A stretch of 64,000 nucleotides of DNA from Gnetum montanum (taxonomy: Eukaryota; Plantae; Gnetophyta). The stretch is from positions 267,575 to 331,574 of the forward strand of contig MNCI01001087.1 of the NCBI GenBank assembly GCA_015680685.1, written 5' to 3'. How positions within the stretch are numbered: position 1 is the stretch's first letter; every line of letters starts with the position of its first letter. Below the pieces are notes generated by a model, which saw only the letters and a list, made by a program, of their open reading frames with translations, was not told the origin of the DNA and ran no database searches. The translations under genes were made by a program, and so were the position numbers. Below, one piece after another: positions 37,101-52,285 of the stretch.

Positions 37101-37142
37101 AAGATCTTCTATGTTTTTGGACACCCATCTTTCATACCTTTG

Positions 37143-40100
37143 TGAAGAAGAAGACTCCCACTAGGAACCTTACATTAGAAGATGTAGACATCACTTCCCA
37201 GAGCTTAGCATGTCTACCTCATCCAAGGATTGGAGAAGGCTCCATCACCATCTTTCCAAGGTACACATTCTTACCAATTTTTCCAGTTTATTTCATGTAT
37301 TCTATTTTTTGGGTTTTCTTCCATTTCTTAGATCTAGGCTTATGTATTCATTATTTTGAGCTTCCATAAAAATCTCACTATAGATCTAGGCCATGTTTAT
37401 TCATTTTTTATGCTACTTGGGCTTTCGATTTTGGTTTTGTTGATGTTTAAATGATTTTCCCACGATTTTCATGGATTTTTGCTTTTCCCACCCAAAAAAG
37501 CAACACCACTTTTGGATTCTTCTTTGAGAAAATGGCTAGTTTTTTTAATTCTCTAAGTTTATGGAGTTATTGTCTATTACTTTTTGGTCAATGAAATTTT
37601 AAACCACTTAATTTTTCCTAACGAATAATTTTCTATGACTATTGTCATCAAGCTATGTCAAGTGGGTTTTCTACCCTTAGGCTATTTTTTTTCTAAGATA
37701 TGTAATTTTTATACACTGAAATATTACAAAATTTAGGTTTTATGGTTATGTATTTTTAGGTTACAATTCAAGGATTCCAAGAAAATTTTGAATCACCAAA
37801 TCTGGATAAATATTTTGGCTACTATGGTAATTTTCATGACCACATGCAAAAAGGGTTTCTAACATGATGACCACAGTTAGGTAATTTTGATAATTCTTTT
37901 TGTGAAACTATGGTTAATAATTTTTACAATTTCTTGTTATGGGGTTGTAGTTCATGGTTTACAATTTCAACGACTATTGAATTTTTGAATTTTGTTAAGC
38001 GGTTGATTTTTTATGGTCATTTCTGTTTGATCACATGAAATTGTAGTTATAAGGCTATTACACATTTACCCCTATGAATATGGACAACATTGAGTTTGTA
38101 AAAAACAATTCTTCAATGTTCCATGGTCTTGTAGATCGTCTATGATATTGGAAAGGGGTTGGAAGTGGTCTAGATCAAATTAAAAAATTTTCCATATTTT
38201 TTGTAAGTGTTTCCTATGGCCATTTTGGTGTAAAGTGTGAGTTTGTTGAATCTTGGTTATAAACTTAGGCTATATTTTGTATCTTTTCTAAGTGGGAATT
38301 TAATGTGGAAATTGGAAATTTTGTCCTTTACTATTACTTTTACATTTTTATTCCTAAACTGCCAATTCCATGTTTTTGGTTGTAATTAGTCATTGTTGCA
38401 ATTTTAGTATTAAACTATCATTTGATGTGAAATATTTCAATTTTTTAAGTGTTGTTTACTATGTTTGATGGTTATAAGGCTAAAACAGCTGGTGTAGTAG
38501 TTGTAATGTCATCTTGCTTATTAGTTTTAATGTATTTATTCAATCCTATCTTTTAATTTTAGTTTTTTGATTTGCATGGTCATAACAATTATGTGTTGGA
38601 TGTTACAGGACTTTCTTGAAACCAATTTTGGTGGTTATAGAGATGGTGGGGCTTTTATGCTACATCCATCTCCCTAGGAATAATGCTCTAATTTTAGATA
38701 TGGAGTGGGACTGACGTGGAATATGGTTTAGGCCAAGAGCTAAAGACTTCCTTTCCTATCTTCCTCAGAACTTTAGTGTGATGGTTTGGTCATACCTAAT
38801 GTCTAAAGCTACAATAATAATCATAGAGACCATCTTACCTAGGTTATCTAGCTTAATTGTCAAGTTCATGATGGATGAACTTGATGCTCATGTGAAGGGA
38901 AAGATCAATGAGAGCACTACCATTGTGAATTCTTGCAAATTGTTAAAAATGTAAAAGATGCCTAAATTTAGCTAGTATAACATGGACAACACTTTGATTG
39001 TTGGCTACCATGCTCATACATTTTTCCAAAATCCTCCAAGCACCATTTATCACATAGATGGGTGAGTAAGGTTGCCTTTTTGTTTATGGTTATTTTCTTT
39101 GTTATGTACTTAAGTTGTGATAATTTTTTGTTGTTTTACTTACCTATAGATTTAGGATGGATGAGCAAGGCTTAATCAAAGGTAACAACCTCCTACTCCT
39201 AGCTCACATAGCTTTAGAGGTGTTTACCAAAAGCCCAAACTTGAGGCTTGCGATATTGGAACAACTAGAGAGTAACTATGAAGATAGCACGGAATGCCAT
39301 CCTAAGGCTTATACAAGATGTCTAGGGAATGGAACAATAGATAGTTGGTGGGGCAACCCATCCCTTGATGACTTAGAAGTAAATCCATCCCCTAGAGCTC
39401 CTAAGATGCCTACATCAAATAAGTGAAGTGGGTATTTTTATTTTGTTGATTTGGGTTATTCGTATGCTACCATTTTTTTTAGTTATTTTGGTTTTGGTTA
39501 TTTAAATAGTTGTATTAGTTTTCTTTTAACTTAGTTATATTTGTTGTAACTTGCTTTACATGATGTACTTATGCTAAGGCTAATAGGCTATCCTTTGTTA
39601 TGTTGTAGAGGCCACTCTATCAACTAAAGTTACAATTATCACTTCAAGACATGTTGAGGAGACCTTGATCCTATTGGCTGTCAAACTAAGCACTCTATGC
39701 TATACATGCAAGGGTTATTCATGCAAGCCTATTTGACCTCTTCATGGCCCCAAGCCCTATCATTCCTACTGTAGAGGTGATGAACATCATTGACTCCTTT
39801 AGCCAAGAAGTCAGCAGGTTTGTCACCCATGTTCATAGTGTGACTGTTGTTTTAGACATTAATGCATCCACCTTTAATGAATTCGTTGGTATTTCAAATG
39901 ATGGCATACCAATTATTACCAAATTAGGGAGGGAGGTGGACCATTGAGAGGAGGTAGAAGAGTGGCTAAATGCTCATCGTGGTAACAAGGGATAGTCTCT
40001 AAAACAAATCAAGTCACCATTGATTAGAGAAACATATCCCTTGTTCCAATCCTGATCATTTCCTAAGTTGTTATCATAGGAAAAGATCTTAGGCATGGAG

Positions 40101-42090
40101 TAGGCTTGGGCCATGAAGTAGGTAGTCACCGAAGATGCCTAATTCGACTAGGCTGCACACTTGATTTCTGGACTATAATGGAAGATCCAAAAGCTTCGCA
40201 ACAACCTCACCATGAAGTGTCATGTGCACTTTGAACCTTTTTTAGATTATTTATAGAGGTTTTTAGAGTTCCTAGTGGTGAGGAAGGGTGGACGATGGAT
40301 TATCCAAGATCCATCTCAACTCATCAAACCATGGATGAAACTCCTTACTTTGATCACTTAAGCCCAAGACCCACCAAAAGCTATAGGTGAATCACTATCT
40401 ATCACTACTAAGGGGATTAGTGATAGGCATTTTGTATCCCCTAATAGCACAGGGTTGGAACCTCTCATAATACCAACTAGTGTCAAGAGGTCTTAAAAGT
40501 TACATACAAAGGCTGAGGGGACAACTAGGGCCAAGCTTAAGAGGCCCTTGGTGGATGAGACAACACTATTGATCAAGGAGCCTTTGCCAAAGAAATTTAT
40601 CTTCAAGCTTAAAGGGATGCAACATGATGTTAGAGCTATGTTCTTGTTAATTTTTTTTTTTTTTTGTTAATTTACTTTTTCACAAGTCATGGTGTTTAGT
40701 TGGTATAGTTGATTGATGGTCTTGCAAAATGTGTTATGTTACTTTATGTTTCATGGTTGATATTTTTGTAGGTAAGCAAAAAGAACAAGAGGCCCTTGCA
40801 ACAACAATAGGGGCTTTAGAGAAGCAAAGGCATTAAGAGAAGAAGGAGGAGCAGCAATGTCAAGAAGATGAAATACTAAGGAATTATGAGGATGAAGTGT
40901 TGTAGCAAGAGGAAGATGAAGTTTTACCCCTTATTCCCATGGGTCACTTTGATGCCTTCCTAGAAGATCCACAAATGGATGAACCCCCTATCATCATATT
41001 AGAGGACCTCCTAGGTATTTATGATTTTCCTTGGTCTTAAATGTTGTACATGGAATCTGTCATTTCTTCACACTTATCTTTGGCTATAACTATTTATTGC
41101 TTTCTACACTTATTGTAGCCCAAGAACCGTAGGTAGAAGCTTCCACATCTACCTTATGCATGCAACTATGGATGGATACCCTCAATAAACTTAAATTCAT
41201 GTGGGGTGTAGCTAAGGATATGATTAGCCAATTGTAGCAAATAGTTCCTAAGATCATTAAGAGTCCTAACCCATTTTGCCTTTATTGTTTTCTATGTTTG
41301 GTTTTGATATGGTTTTCTATGGTTATGAAGTTTTTTTGTTATTAACTAGTTTCACTTGGATTTTTTTTCTATGTTGGCTACAATGCCTAAACTAAGATGG
41401 AATCCTGATAACCCAGTTCAAGTTGCTGCCTTACCCCCTTTATCTCCTAAGATGGAGAATGTCCCAAAAAATCTATATGAGGGTGCCACTAGGTGTGCAC
41501 TCGCATGCACTAAATCGTTGTGGGAATGTAGACAATCTAATGATTTCTTATGGAAACAAGTTGTAGAATTGAGGAAGGACAACCAAAAGCTAATAGAGGA
41601 GGTGTAAGAGCTCATAGATCGTAAGGACTTCATAGAAGCCTAAGTGCACAACAGAGACTCCTTGCTTAACAAGGAGATAACTTGGGCTCATTATTGGAAT
41701 GCGATCCAAAGCAAGGTTTCCCTTGTTATAGAGGTGGTAGAATAGAATCTCCAAATTGATCTCATAAATCATAAGGTTGGTAAGTGGAAAGATTACTATG
41801 CTTGGGTCCTTGAGTGGGGTCATACACAAAATGATGACAAAAGGATGTACAAAGCTAAATGGGAAGCCTACCTCAAATGGCTACAGGAGGAGTCTATAGA
41901 GTGGTGGAGGCTAGAACTATTCATGATGGACATCAACATGGAGAAATTCTATAAACTATTTGTGAAGAGCATGGTTGTAGCCAACTCCCCTACTCGTTAG
42001 ATTACTACTGCCTCAGGGGAGGCAACTATTGCCACATTCTCAAATAAGCTCCCCACATGGAGTGACATTGATAAGAAAGTTAAAATGTCC
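37143..42090 (+). pseudogene. Antisense cargo gene of element C (homologue of 6777-13186), heavily decayed, last exon not found
   Basis: Exons ..-37260, 38609-39061, 39150-39422, ~39600-40640, 40772-41014, 41119-~41260, ~41380-42090. Same splice phases as A at introns 1, 2, 3 and 5. Homologous peptides, e.g. IEMVGLL/VELVGLL, QNFSVMVWSY/QNFSVVIWSY, HTFFQNPP/HTLFQNPL, RFLEFLVV/RFVEFLVV, ITTASGEA/ITTASKEA. Confidence 0.8.
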
Positions 42091-42479
42091 ATAACATCAT
42101 AACCAATTTTAGGCCATGGCAAGCCATGTGATACTTGTCATTTTAAGGCTGTGGCATGTTGTGTGGAAGGCTCTACAATACGTAAAAGAAAACATAATTT
42201 TTGGTTATTTTTATGGATTTTTTAAATTTTTAATAGTTTTTTATAAAGTAGTTGTTGTTTTTGTTGTGAAAAAAGGAAAAACAAAGAAAGAAAAAGGCTT
42301 TTGATGAATAATCATGCAAACAAAAGTAAATCATTAAGCTACATGTAGAAAATGGTTAAAAATAAAGTAATTAAAAAGGCATAAACTAGCAACAAAAAGA
42401 TCTAGGCTAACTAGTTATGAATACACATAGTTATAAGGTTATGATCACATAGGGTGTAAGAAGGATCAAGAGCATATAT

Positions 42480-45400
42480 CACTTATGCAAGTGTTTCTTG
42501 ATCTTCGAGAGATTGGGAAATGTGTATGGTCTATTTTGCACTAGTTTATATTATCCATCTCCTTCACTAACAACATTAAAGGGGAGCTCTTTCCATAGCT
42601 TATCAATCGATTCATCATTGTTTACATTCGCCTCTTTTACTCTATCACTCCTCTCAGTTTTGTGGCAAATGATAGGAGTTTATTAATGAAGCTCCACTTT
42701 TAACCCTTGTTCTATATTAATATTGTTAATAGCTAAAGGAATCGCACTATCACTGTGGATAATGATTTCAACTTCCTCATAAGGCAAGTGGATTTCTTGA
42801 TGAACAGGTGAAAAAATAGCCCACAATTGAGCTAGCCAAGGTCTTCCTAGGATGAGGTTGAATCCTAGTGTTTCTTCTACCACCAAGAAATCTACAATTG
42901 TAGTGAATTGCTCCCCTGCCACAAAATCTAGAGAAATTAAGCCTTTGACAACAACCCATAGTCTATTAAAGGATTTAAGGACTGAAGTTGACATATGTTA
43001 CATCTGTGTTTTCAAGCCCAAGCATTCAACAATGGTATGAGTTATGACATTGGTTGTCATCCCATCATGTACATGTACTTTATGTACTTTTTATTCCCCA
43101 ACTCGTATGGTTATAAAGAAAGGCTCCTTGGTTACGTTGCCATTTTGGAGATTTGTTTTGATTTCACTGTTACAAAATACCAATGATGTTAACTTTGATT
43201 CCTAGGGCAAAGAGGGTACCATGACTGCATGGATAGACTCTTCATTAGTGAGGACATCCTCGCTAATACGAATGGAGGTCAACATCTTAACTAGTGCCTC
43301 ACAGGTGGGTAGAAAAAGTCATGACCAAGTTGTACAAGCTTAGAGTTATGTTCTTTTGCTTGAGCGATTACTTAACCTATTCCATTGCATTAAGGAAGTC
43401 TTTATTATTGGTTTTTAATTTGTTATTTCTAACTTCCTCCATATGTCCCAAAATGAAAATTTCTTAGTTAGGTTGTTGTTGTCACCTAGCCTCTTTCTTT
43501 TCTTCTTGGGGTTTTCGTTCCTCCCGTGGTTTACTTATTAAAGCATCTTTGGTTGTGGAAGTCATTTGAATAGATGAGATGGAAGTGGGCTTCAGTGGAC
43601 CCACCTCCTTCCCTAACTTAGACTACTTATTAGTGTTGTTCTTGGCTTTTTGTGCAATATTATTTTGTTGTTTGGTTGGTGGTTTCTTATTAACCCTAGT
43701 TGGTTGCAAGGAAGAAGACATTACATTGGCCACCATAGGGTGTTGTTGCTTTGTTGCTGGGAAAGCTTGTGTTGTAGAGGGCTGAGGCACCTAATGACAA
43801 AAGGATCCTTAGGGGATATTTGTGATGGTACCCTTACAACAAAAGGGGATCTTAAGCTAGTATAAGTTGAAGAGTCCCTTTCATTACAATGGGGTACTCG
43901 AATCATGAATGGTTCCCTCACCCATGTCTGATTGTCATCAACATTGACTACCGATATAATGTATGAACTGTTGTTGGTGTTTAATGGGTCCTTATATACA
44001 TGCATCGATTGGTTCTAAGGCCTAACCAAGTTTGAAGTATCTAGTACTAGTTCACCCATATCAATCATCTTTTGCAAGTCATCTCTAAGCGCAAGGCAAA
44101 AATCGATATCATGACCTGACAACTCATGATAATGGTAGAAGCTATTGAGCTTACAATACTTGGACATTGTAGGGTCATCCTTAGTTGCTTGAGCATGGTC
44201 TTTTACTATTCCACATAACCTATCATGCCTCTTATCAAAAATCTTGGTCATTTGCTTGTATTGGATCTTAATGCTCTTCAAAAAATGGTCTAGAAGCTCT
44301 AACAACTTAAGGGGTAACTTGGTATATTTCAACTAGTCTTTCTACATGAAGTTAGGCCTAGATGTAGTCAATGCAATGGCCCCATAGGTAGATGGTTGAT
44401 TGTTATTGTTGGTAGTAGGAGACTTGGGTTGGTTAGTCTTCGACCCTTAGTTAGTTGGTTTGCTCTCCTTAATCATGGTTGCTACTGTTACATTATTTTG
44501 CCTATCCTTCTCTTTGTCTTTATTCGAATGTTGATTTTTATATGCCACCTAGGCAAGATCATGGCTAGCCTTTGCAACATCCTCTATGTTCTTAGTCTAG
44601 TAAAGGCTTAACTAAGAGACCATGAATTAAGATAATATAATTTTAACTTTATGAAGTCATTAACCACTTCCTTGAAGATAGCTAACAAATGTGTTTCAAC
44701 TATCAGTTTTGGTATCTCGTTGAGCGAAGCATTCCATCCTTGGATAAACTTTTGCACTAGCTCAAGGGGTCCTTGCTTAACATTCATCAGTTGGTCAAGC
44801 ACGGTATCAAGTTTCAAGTTATACTTAAAATGGTTAATAAATTGCGAAATTAGTCTTCCAAAGAGGATATGTATCCTCTTAGCAAGGCATAGTACCAATC
44901 AATACTTTTCCTACCAAAGACAGAGGGAAAATTCACATAATTCTATGTGACCATGCTTGTATCAATAAGCACTTGAAGTGAAAGATAATCAGATGAGCAT
45001 TCGAATCACCTTCGACATTGTACTTAGTGAATTATGGCACAGGGACACCATGAGGTAGAGTTAGCTGTGGGACTATAGGACTAATGGGATCATCTTGGTA
45101 AAAGTCCATTATCTTCACAATCTCATACGTTGAGGCTTTAACTTTCCTTAACTCTTAGGTCAAGCCCTAAATCATGTGGAAAGCTTAATCCAGTCCTTGG
45201 GATGCCCCTATTGGTTGTGGGCTTTGAATGAAGGATTAACGCATGAGCTACAATGCCTATGGTCTTGCTATTGGTTGGGGTACTAAGGGTAGAGGCTAAG
45301 TTACTATAGTGGTAGGTGTGATAAATAAACAAAATGATGTATGTGCTAGTATTTGGGGCACAAATGGGACAAAGGGAATGTGTGATCCCCAAGTCACTTG

Positions 45401-45780
45401 GGGTTGCACTATGGACCTTTTCTATGTGACAAAGGAGGTAGTTGTAGTAACAATTAATGATAACAGTTGTAAAAAAAATAGGCTGTGTATCAAATAGCAT
45501 GGAAAAATGGAAGGTTGTGGATTCCAGCACCAAGTGCATTTGGCGCTTGGCTATGATGAAAGTTGGCCCAAATATGGTTGGGTACGATAGGGACAAAGGC
45601 AATGGCACATGTCCAAATGAAGAGGCAAAGGGGATAGATATAGGCATTGTGGTCTTAGAGATTCCTTCTTGAAAGAGCCCTCCTAAAAGGTTCTCAAGTT
45701 CAGACTCTACCCCAAACTTGTCTTCTTTCTCTAGCTACCCATCAGAAGTAGCTTTTAGCTCCTCTTCATCCATCTCAATT
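42480..45780 (-). pseudogene. gag-protease ORF of element C
   Basis: KYNVEGDSNAHLI, FKYNLKLDTVLDQLMNVKQGP, YHELSGHDIDFCLALRDDLQKMID and FNLILGRPWLAQL. Ends KIKKHLHK*. Confidence 0.88.
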
Positions 45781-46569
45781 AGTTGAGATAAAATGCATGC
45801 ATAAGTGTTAGTCAGAGGTGTTTGATTTTATAGAGAGGGAATATACTCCTTTCCGTTATGATTTATGAGCTCATATTCTCTTTTGACTTCTACTTCCATT
45901 CGTGAAATTAGCATGCCAGCCAAATCTTGCTGCAAATGTAGTTATAGTGATCCTCATTTATCACTAAGGATCTTGGACTTTTCCCCCTAAGTTGCAAGGA
46001 TTACCTTCATTTGATAATGGCAGGGTCTTTAGGATCATAGACCTTCATGACCTATTGGATAGACATCTCTTCAATGAAGTTAAAAGGCAATTTGGATGAT
46101 TATTGGAAAGACATGTTGAAAATAGAGTTTTAGAATTTTTTTACTATTTTTGGTAAAAACATTGTAAGTAAAATGATCTACAAACATAATAGACCAAAAA
46201 TAGAAAGGCAGTGGAAAATAGTTACTAAGCAGTAAAAATGGAAAAAAGGAAAAGTGGTATACCTACTGAATGGAAACAAGTGTCATAGTAGAAATGATGT
46301 TGGATAGAATGATGTTAGACAAAATGCCATTTAATGGAAAAGCTTTGAACAAAATGGGTGTTGTAATAGACAAGAAATTTGCAGCAAAACCCAACTCTAT
46401 TACCACTACTACACCAAGGCTTGTGGAAGAAGGTTTGATAGCCAACGTTGTTATGATGAAATGATGGAAGGGAAAAAATGTAAAAGGCCTAGCATTGGAA
46501 AAAAAAATGGCTAAAATGGGTTTATGGCCAGGAATTTAGATGAAGGCCCCCCTTCTAGTGATAGAAAAC

Positions 46570-48089
46570 TATTGGTGTTGGAAATCTCAGTTATTGGAAT
46601 GGGAAAACCAAAAGATCCAAATGTTGAATTAGTTTTAACCCTGAATCCCAAGGGCCTCTGAAAAACATAATTCAGAGTGCCCTGGATGGTCTAATCAATC
46701 ATCCAAGGACTTATAGAACATAAATAAAAATGGTAAATGAAAGTGTAGATGTTGACATAGACAAAATCAAAAATGAAAATTAAAATATAAATATAAACAA
46801 AAATGTAATTATAGTTACAAATCCAAAAGTGAAAACAAGTGCAAAAATGAAAATGTGAACTAAAACTTTCACAACATAAATAATAACTTCATAAAGAATA
46901 AAGAATAAGGTTCATAAAGTACATATTTCTTGCCATATTCACTAGATGTTGTTGGCATGAGCTTGAAGTCAATTGGAGAAGGTAGGCTATGTTCTACTAC
47001 AACTCCATGATCTAGTTTCTTCCTAGCTCCAATTTCTAGCAACTTTTCATCAGTTTCCACCAGGATCTACAACTTAGTGATGTAAATGGGTTTTCACTTT
47101 CAGTGCAATCGCAGCTATGTGGAAGTCTCTATACCTAGCATAGTGCTAGTTTTGACTACAAGAGTAGAAACAAGGTTGCAAATGAGTTGTATGGATTGTG
47201 AAAATGCCAAAATTGTTGTTACAAGTGTAAAGTTTGGAACTGCTACCAAGGGTTGCAAAAAATGCCAAAGTGCTCAGAATGCAAAAGTGTTGGAACCTAA
47301 AAATAGTGTTGACATTGGGTATTTATAGGGTTGATGTGGCTATTTATGGGTCTATGCACCACTGCCACGATTGCTAAAAGATTAGTGTCAACATGCAAGT
47401 CACAATAGTCATACTTTCAGCGTAGTTACCATTTATAGTAAGCCTAGTGTGGACTACAGCCACAAAACCATCCATTTACTATAAATAGAAAATAGAATTT
47501 TGTGACTACGCTGGCATGATCCTTACTATGCTGGCATTGGTGAACTATGCTAAGGTTGTTGAAAAGTGGCAAAAGCGGTGAAAATTATGCAAAAATTTGG
47601 AATCTACAGAAATGGTGGAATCGATTAGAAAGTGTCGTACCTAGTGGATAATGTTGTCTACACTACCTGTTGTTGACTTGGGATGACTATGCTACCTATT
47701 GTTGCAAAATTGGAAATTTCAGTAATCCCAACATTGCACTTTGGTTGGGTCTTAGTAGTGATTACACTAGCTATTATGGCTACTGTAGCTACTGTGTCTA
47801 CTAAAAATGGCTCCAACATAGTTGGGGCTATACCCCTACAAAAACCCATGAAAATGCTAATTTTAGCCATTCCCAAGGAATTTTCAACCTTCCCAAGCCC
47901 AGATATAGACATGGGATACCCTTTTCTACTTAGGAAGTAAGGAAATAACAACTTTTGAAACATTGTTTGGCTCCAAAAAGCTGAAGTATGAAAGATTATA
48001 GCTCCTTATCTACATATTCAACATTTACAATGAATCCTTGCCCCAAGTTGGGAAATAAAGGTTGCAACATGAAATTTTATGGTGTTTCA
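46570..48089 (-). repeat. 5' LTR of element C (~1,520 bp)
   Basis: Right end aattttatggtgtttca matches the LTR terminus of A. Left end abuts a decayed Asn PBS (cccccttctagtgata). Confidence 0.8.
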
Positions 48090-51000
48090 TTATGTAAGGA
48101 AAATTGAGAAAGAGGCAAGAAAGTGCACTTGAGAGAGGTTGATAGAATCTCTTATAAGTATCTTGTCTTAAGCTTTCTCTCCATAGTGAGTGATTGAGGA
48201 TTAAGAGGGGACATGTGTGGCTTCTAAGATCATTGGGAGAGTTGTGAGGTAAGCTTGGTTCCTCATCTTTGATGTATTTCCTATGTATTTTAAGAGCTTT
48301 CTTAACATAAGGTAGATTTTCCCCATTTCATTATGTTGTTTTTGTTTTCTAAGCTAGATCTACTTGAAAGTTGTGGATTGGGTCTTGTTGAGGTCTATTG
48401 AGATGCTCCCCACTACACCATATTAGTACCCATAACATGCACAATCATGCAAGTGGTGGTATCATGTGTGGCCTTTAATAAAAATAACATTTAAATATCG
48501 TAAGTTTTAAATGATTTCTAAAGAAAATATTTGAAAATAAAATTCTAAATTTTGTTATACTCTGAGAAATGTATAGAAAAAGCTGGTATATGTATACAAT
48601 ATAATGATAGTCTAATACATAATAATAATAAATTAAATCTCAATGCATTTTATTTACTATTTATGCTCAAATGTTATTCTAATTGGATATCATGTTCCTT
48701 GATTCTTCATAGGACTTTTGTAGGATATCCTATAGTGTAGGTTTTGCACTAGAATTTAATTTCACCCTAACATCCTATTGGTGCAACAATTGGCCATAGG
48801 TATGGAAAAATTTAAAATTATAATTACAAGCTAAATTCTTCTCATAATTCCTGTTAAAGTAAAGTAATTTCTAAGATAAAGAAAGAATAAATGGTTGAAG
48901 GAGTGTTTAATGGAATAATTCTTTGAGTTTAAACCCTCTATTAAAAAACATGATCTGTGGTTGCATTGCTAAAGCATAGAATAATTTTAGTTTTTGATAA
49001 AATTTCATAACAAGATAGGGTTTAAGCTATCAAGTGATTGTTAAGATGAGTTCAATTAATAATTTTTGAAAAAGGGCCCAAATATAGATGCAACACATTC
49101 TAGGTTTGTAAAACAAGTATTTTGAAGTAGAACATACCCTTTAAAGGATTTTTCATGCATTTTTTTCAAATTTAGGAAGCTAGGGTTTTCAAGTTAAATA
49201 AGACACAGCATGTATAAATTCAATTGAACATCACAAATAGAGCCTATGAATTGGTTAAAGGCTCAAATTCATATTTCCCTAACTGTAAATAGGTTAAGCA
49301 CATCAAAAATAAAATTGCAGGACTTAAGAATCAATTTTATGGGATTGAGCATTAGAACAAATAGTTAAGTAGTGAGTGAAATCCTCATTTTTGAAGAGAA
49401 AGAACTTAGTTAGAAAAAAGAGATTTACCAAATTAGCTAATAGAGCATAACCTTTAGGTTGGTAATGAACAAAAGAAATGACTTTACCAAATTAGGTTCT
49501 ACTAAGCCAGCTTTAAGATTTAAAGCATTAAATGTAGTTTTATGAAGTGGTTCTATGAAGTTAGCTCATAGAGTCAAAAAGTAGCTTTACAAATCAATTC
49601 CTCCACATAGGCATCATCTTATAATGTAAAGAGATAATAGGAAACTCTAAAGAATGGTTCCACAAGCAAGCTCTACCACGTCAACTTTGTTGATATAGCT
49701 TAAAAGTTTCAGTGATATTCATTTCACTAAGGAAAGACTCATAGAGCTTGAAAATGGTTCTACTAAATAGCTCTACCATGTAAGATCTCTGATTGATACA
49801 TGTTCATAAAGCCAAAATATAAATCTACAAGGAAAACCTAAATTGGTTCTATGAGCAATATTAACCATGCAGATCAACCCTTCCATATCATCTCTTGAAA
49901 AGTTAGCAAGCTCATAGAATTAAGGAAACTAATTAGAGAAGAGAGCTTTAAAACAACCTTTTCATATCAACATAAATAGGGAGCTCATAGAACCAAAAAT
50001 TAGCTCTACAAAATGGTTCTTCCACTTTGACTTCTTATGTAATGTAAGATTTATAGAGCTAAAAAGAGGTTTTAGAAAAAAGATTATTCTACATTAGCAT
50101 ATGTCACATCACAACTCAAGAAGGATGCTACTCATAGAGTAAAACATGGGTGTACAAAGTATCTTTAAAATGAGCTCTGCCATGCCAACATAGGTTGCAA
50201 TAGTAAGCTTATAAAGCTAGTTCATAGAGTTGAATTTCCACTCTACAAGCAAACTCTACCACGCAACATCTACCACATCAATATACATTAGGTCAACTTC
50301 TAATAAAAGGCTAGTTGATAGAAGCATATTTATATTCTACAAATAAACTCTTATACATCATCATCTACCATGTTAGCATCCAATACGTTAGCTACTGAGA
50401 AGGCCTACCTCATAGAGCTCAAAAGTGATTCTACAAAATAGCTCTATGAGCGACAAGTTCAACCCTAGTTCTACAACGAAAGCTAGAATAGTCCTATGAA
50501 CTACATCATCATTTGTTCACATCAACATGTAGAAGAAAGCTTATAGAACCAAAAGTTAGCCTTACAAGATAATTCTTCTAAAGGAAAGAAGCAAAAAAGT
50601 AGAATTAGCTTCATATATGATGTGTGGATTTCACTTCAAAAAAATTGTAGAATGAAAAATTAGCTCCACAAGGAAAGTCAAAGATAATACTATGCAACCA
50701 AATGGAAAGCTCATAGTTAAGCCTTCATAGAGCCAAAATATGACTCTATAAAATAATTCTAAGAAATGATTCTATCATGTCATCAATTTACTAGCTTCTC
50801 CTTTAAAGAATGGGCTCATAAAACCAAAATTTAGCCTCATAAGCAAGTTCGTTTTTGGTCCTACCGCATCCACTTATAGAAGAGGTTTGTAGCACTGAAA
50901 ATGGTTCTATAAACAAACTTTTCCACATCAACTCATAGGGAAAGTGCTTTTACCATTCACATAGTTGTAGGTTCGTAGACCTAAAAAATAGCCCTACAAA

Positions 51001-51399
51001 GTGATTCTACCACATCAGTTGTTGTGAAGCTTAAAAGGAATTTTCTAAAGTCACTATACCATGTAAGCTCTAAGTTTAGCTTATGTTTGTAGATGAAAAA
51101 TATAGTTTTACAAAGAAGCTCTAAGTGTCATGTAATATACCACCACATCAGCTTAAAGATGGAGTTTCTAGAACAAAATTTCTATTCTACAAGCAAGCTC
51201 TACCATGGCAGCATCCTTCACACTAGCTTTTAGAATTAGTTCATGAGGTAGAAATTTAGCTCTACAAACAAAACTTAAAGTAACTCTACCATGTCAGTAG
51301 TTTCCAAATCAACTTATACAAACAACATATAAAGCCAAATTCAGCTCTACATGGAAAAGACGCTTCCACATTAGTTCCTTTGAAGAGTATGTCTGTACA
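48090..51399 (+). mobile_element. Fragment F: probable LTR 3' end + iMet-type PBS (tggtatca, 48457) + non-coding leader with degenerate GCTCATAGAGC/GCTCTAC repeats
   Basis: PBS-like octamer after ...CA and a repetitive leader at ~49400-51380. No coding domains seen. Confidence 0.5.
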
Positions 51400-52285
51400 T
51401 GATGAGCAACAATTATACCCTACACCTAACCCTACAAATCACAAGTGTGCACTAGTGATCCTGCTAAATTCCATGGACTTAGTTCCTAAGTTTGCCTATA
51501 GACAAAGATTGTGAATCTAAAGGTCATGTGATCATCATCTTCCTAACTCTCACTTTTGTATGCTCTTGGGTATGGTTAAGTGTGAGTTAAAGCATATGAT
51601 ATTTATTTTTATTTATAATTTTTATATTTTTATCTTAAGTCCTATGTGAAGAGATGAATAATTAATGACTAACTCTTTTAACTAGTATTCTAATGGCTAA
51701 CTATCCTAACATAAGTAGCCTTCCCACCTTCCGTACACATCATGAACTAATACTAACACTATTGGGTTACTTAGTGGGGATTACTAAGCATACCAAATAG
51801 CCACTAACAAAATTACCAAGCATTGCATGTTATGCTTAAAATGGTCATACTTATATTTCCATGATTAATTACTTTTAATTGTTATAACATAAAATGTAAA
51901 ATGCATGTAAAGTAAAGTGCTAATAGGAGAGATTAAGCTCATCTAAGTGCTACAATGAATGTTAGAAATCTCATTTTTATTGCCGTTCATACCAAAGTGT
52001 TCAAGTACATGATCCTTCAATAAATATCCATACAATCTCTCAATTCACATTGCAAGCACTTAGATCAAAAATATTATAACTCTAGAAACAACAAAATACA
52101 AAAACTTCCCTATACTATGAACTTAACATGCCATAAATGTGTTGGGTATGCACATTTATATAGGCTTGACTATGTCAATGTTGATGTATTTGTGTTAACA
52201 CAATAGGGATATGTCAACGGGGCTACATCAATGGGGTTGCATCAATGCAAGCTTGTTGATGCAGCCAATCAACTATGCTTCATCA
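51400..52285 (-). repeat. 3' LTR of element E
   Basis: tgatgag...tcatca, homologous to the LTRs of B and D, followed on + by tacccccatgact (PPT). Confidence 0.88.

Larger units (their letters stand above)
25686..48089 (-). mobile_element. Element C: older Tat-clade element with the same architecture as A; interrupted by B (in the INT zinc finger) and D
   Basis: 5' LTR 46570-48089 ends ...ggtgtttca as in A. Degenerate Asn PBS at ~46547-46563. gag-PR ~45780-42480, antisense cargo 37143-42090, RT-RH-aRH 27715-25686. Assigning the RT piece to C is an inference from collinearity. Confidence 0.8.
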
